Translations under genes and position numbers: made by a program
The notes under the pieces: model-generated
Seen by the model: the letters and a program-made list of their open reading frames with translations, nothing else
Database searches by the model: none
Told to the model about the DNA's origin: nothing
Origin: Nemertoderma westbladi
Lineage: Eukaryota; Animalia; Xenacoelomorpha
NCBI GenBank assembly: GCA_032718475.1
Contig: JAUCBJ010004947.1
Coordinates: 1 to 36,385 of the forward strand
Direction of reading: 5' to 3'
DNA length: 36,385 bases
Shown: piece by piece, positions 36,326 through 36,385 of the stretch
Layout of the letters: every line of letters begins with the position of its first letter
How positions within the stretch are numbered: the stretch's first letter is position 1

Positions 36326-36385
36326 AAAGGTTTCAGTTTCAAACGTGTCCTCCTATAGGAAGACACGTCTGAAACTGAAACCTTT
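36326..36385. repeat. 60-bp near-perfect palindrome ending at window edge
   Basis: 30-bp arms, 2 mismatches, no loop, centred on CCTA|TAGG. Confidence 0.9.

Overview
AT-rich metazoan (probably invertebrate) genomic DNA; no prokaryotic features. The backbone is the 5' part of a spliced, minus-strand bifunctional PAPS synthase gene (PAPSS: APS kinase plus ATP sulfurylase). Eight coding exons (35718-35701, 28116-28005, 24155-24041, 18642-18522, 16392-16254, 16138-16020, 6237-6012, 2290-2052) join through GT-AG introns with matching phases into 363 uninterrupted codons; the rest of the gene lies beyond the left edge. Roughly half of the window is tandem repeat. The most unusual observation is that in three introns the minisatellite is a tandem amplification of the adjacent exon-end plus 5' splice site: 53 bp x7, 45 bp x~205 (9.4 kb), and a degenerate ~44 bp x~15. 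Each real donor is therefore followed by copies of itself. Intron 3 holds an antisense 911-aa ORF with a 7-aa coding repeat and Sfi1-like Trp repeats. Also present: RTE-like LINE fragments (one with TSD), a non-autonomous Mutator-like element with 9-bp TSD, a tRNA-derived SINE, a perfect 70-bp-arm hairpin and several unrelated minisatellites. Family assignments come from recalled motifs, not database searches.
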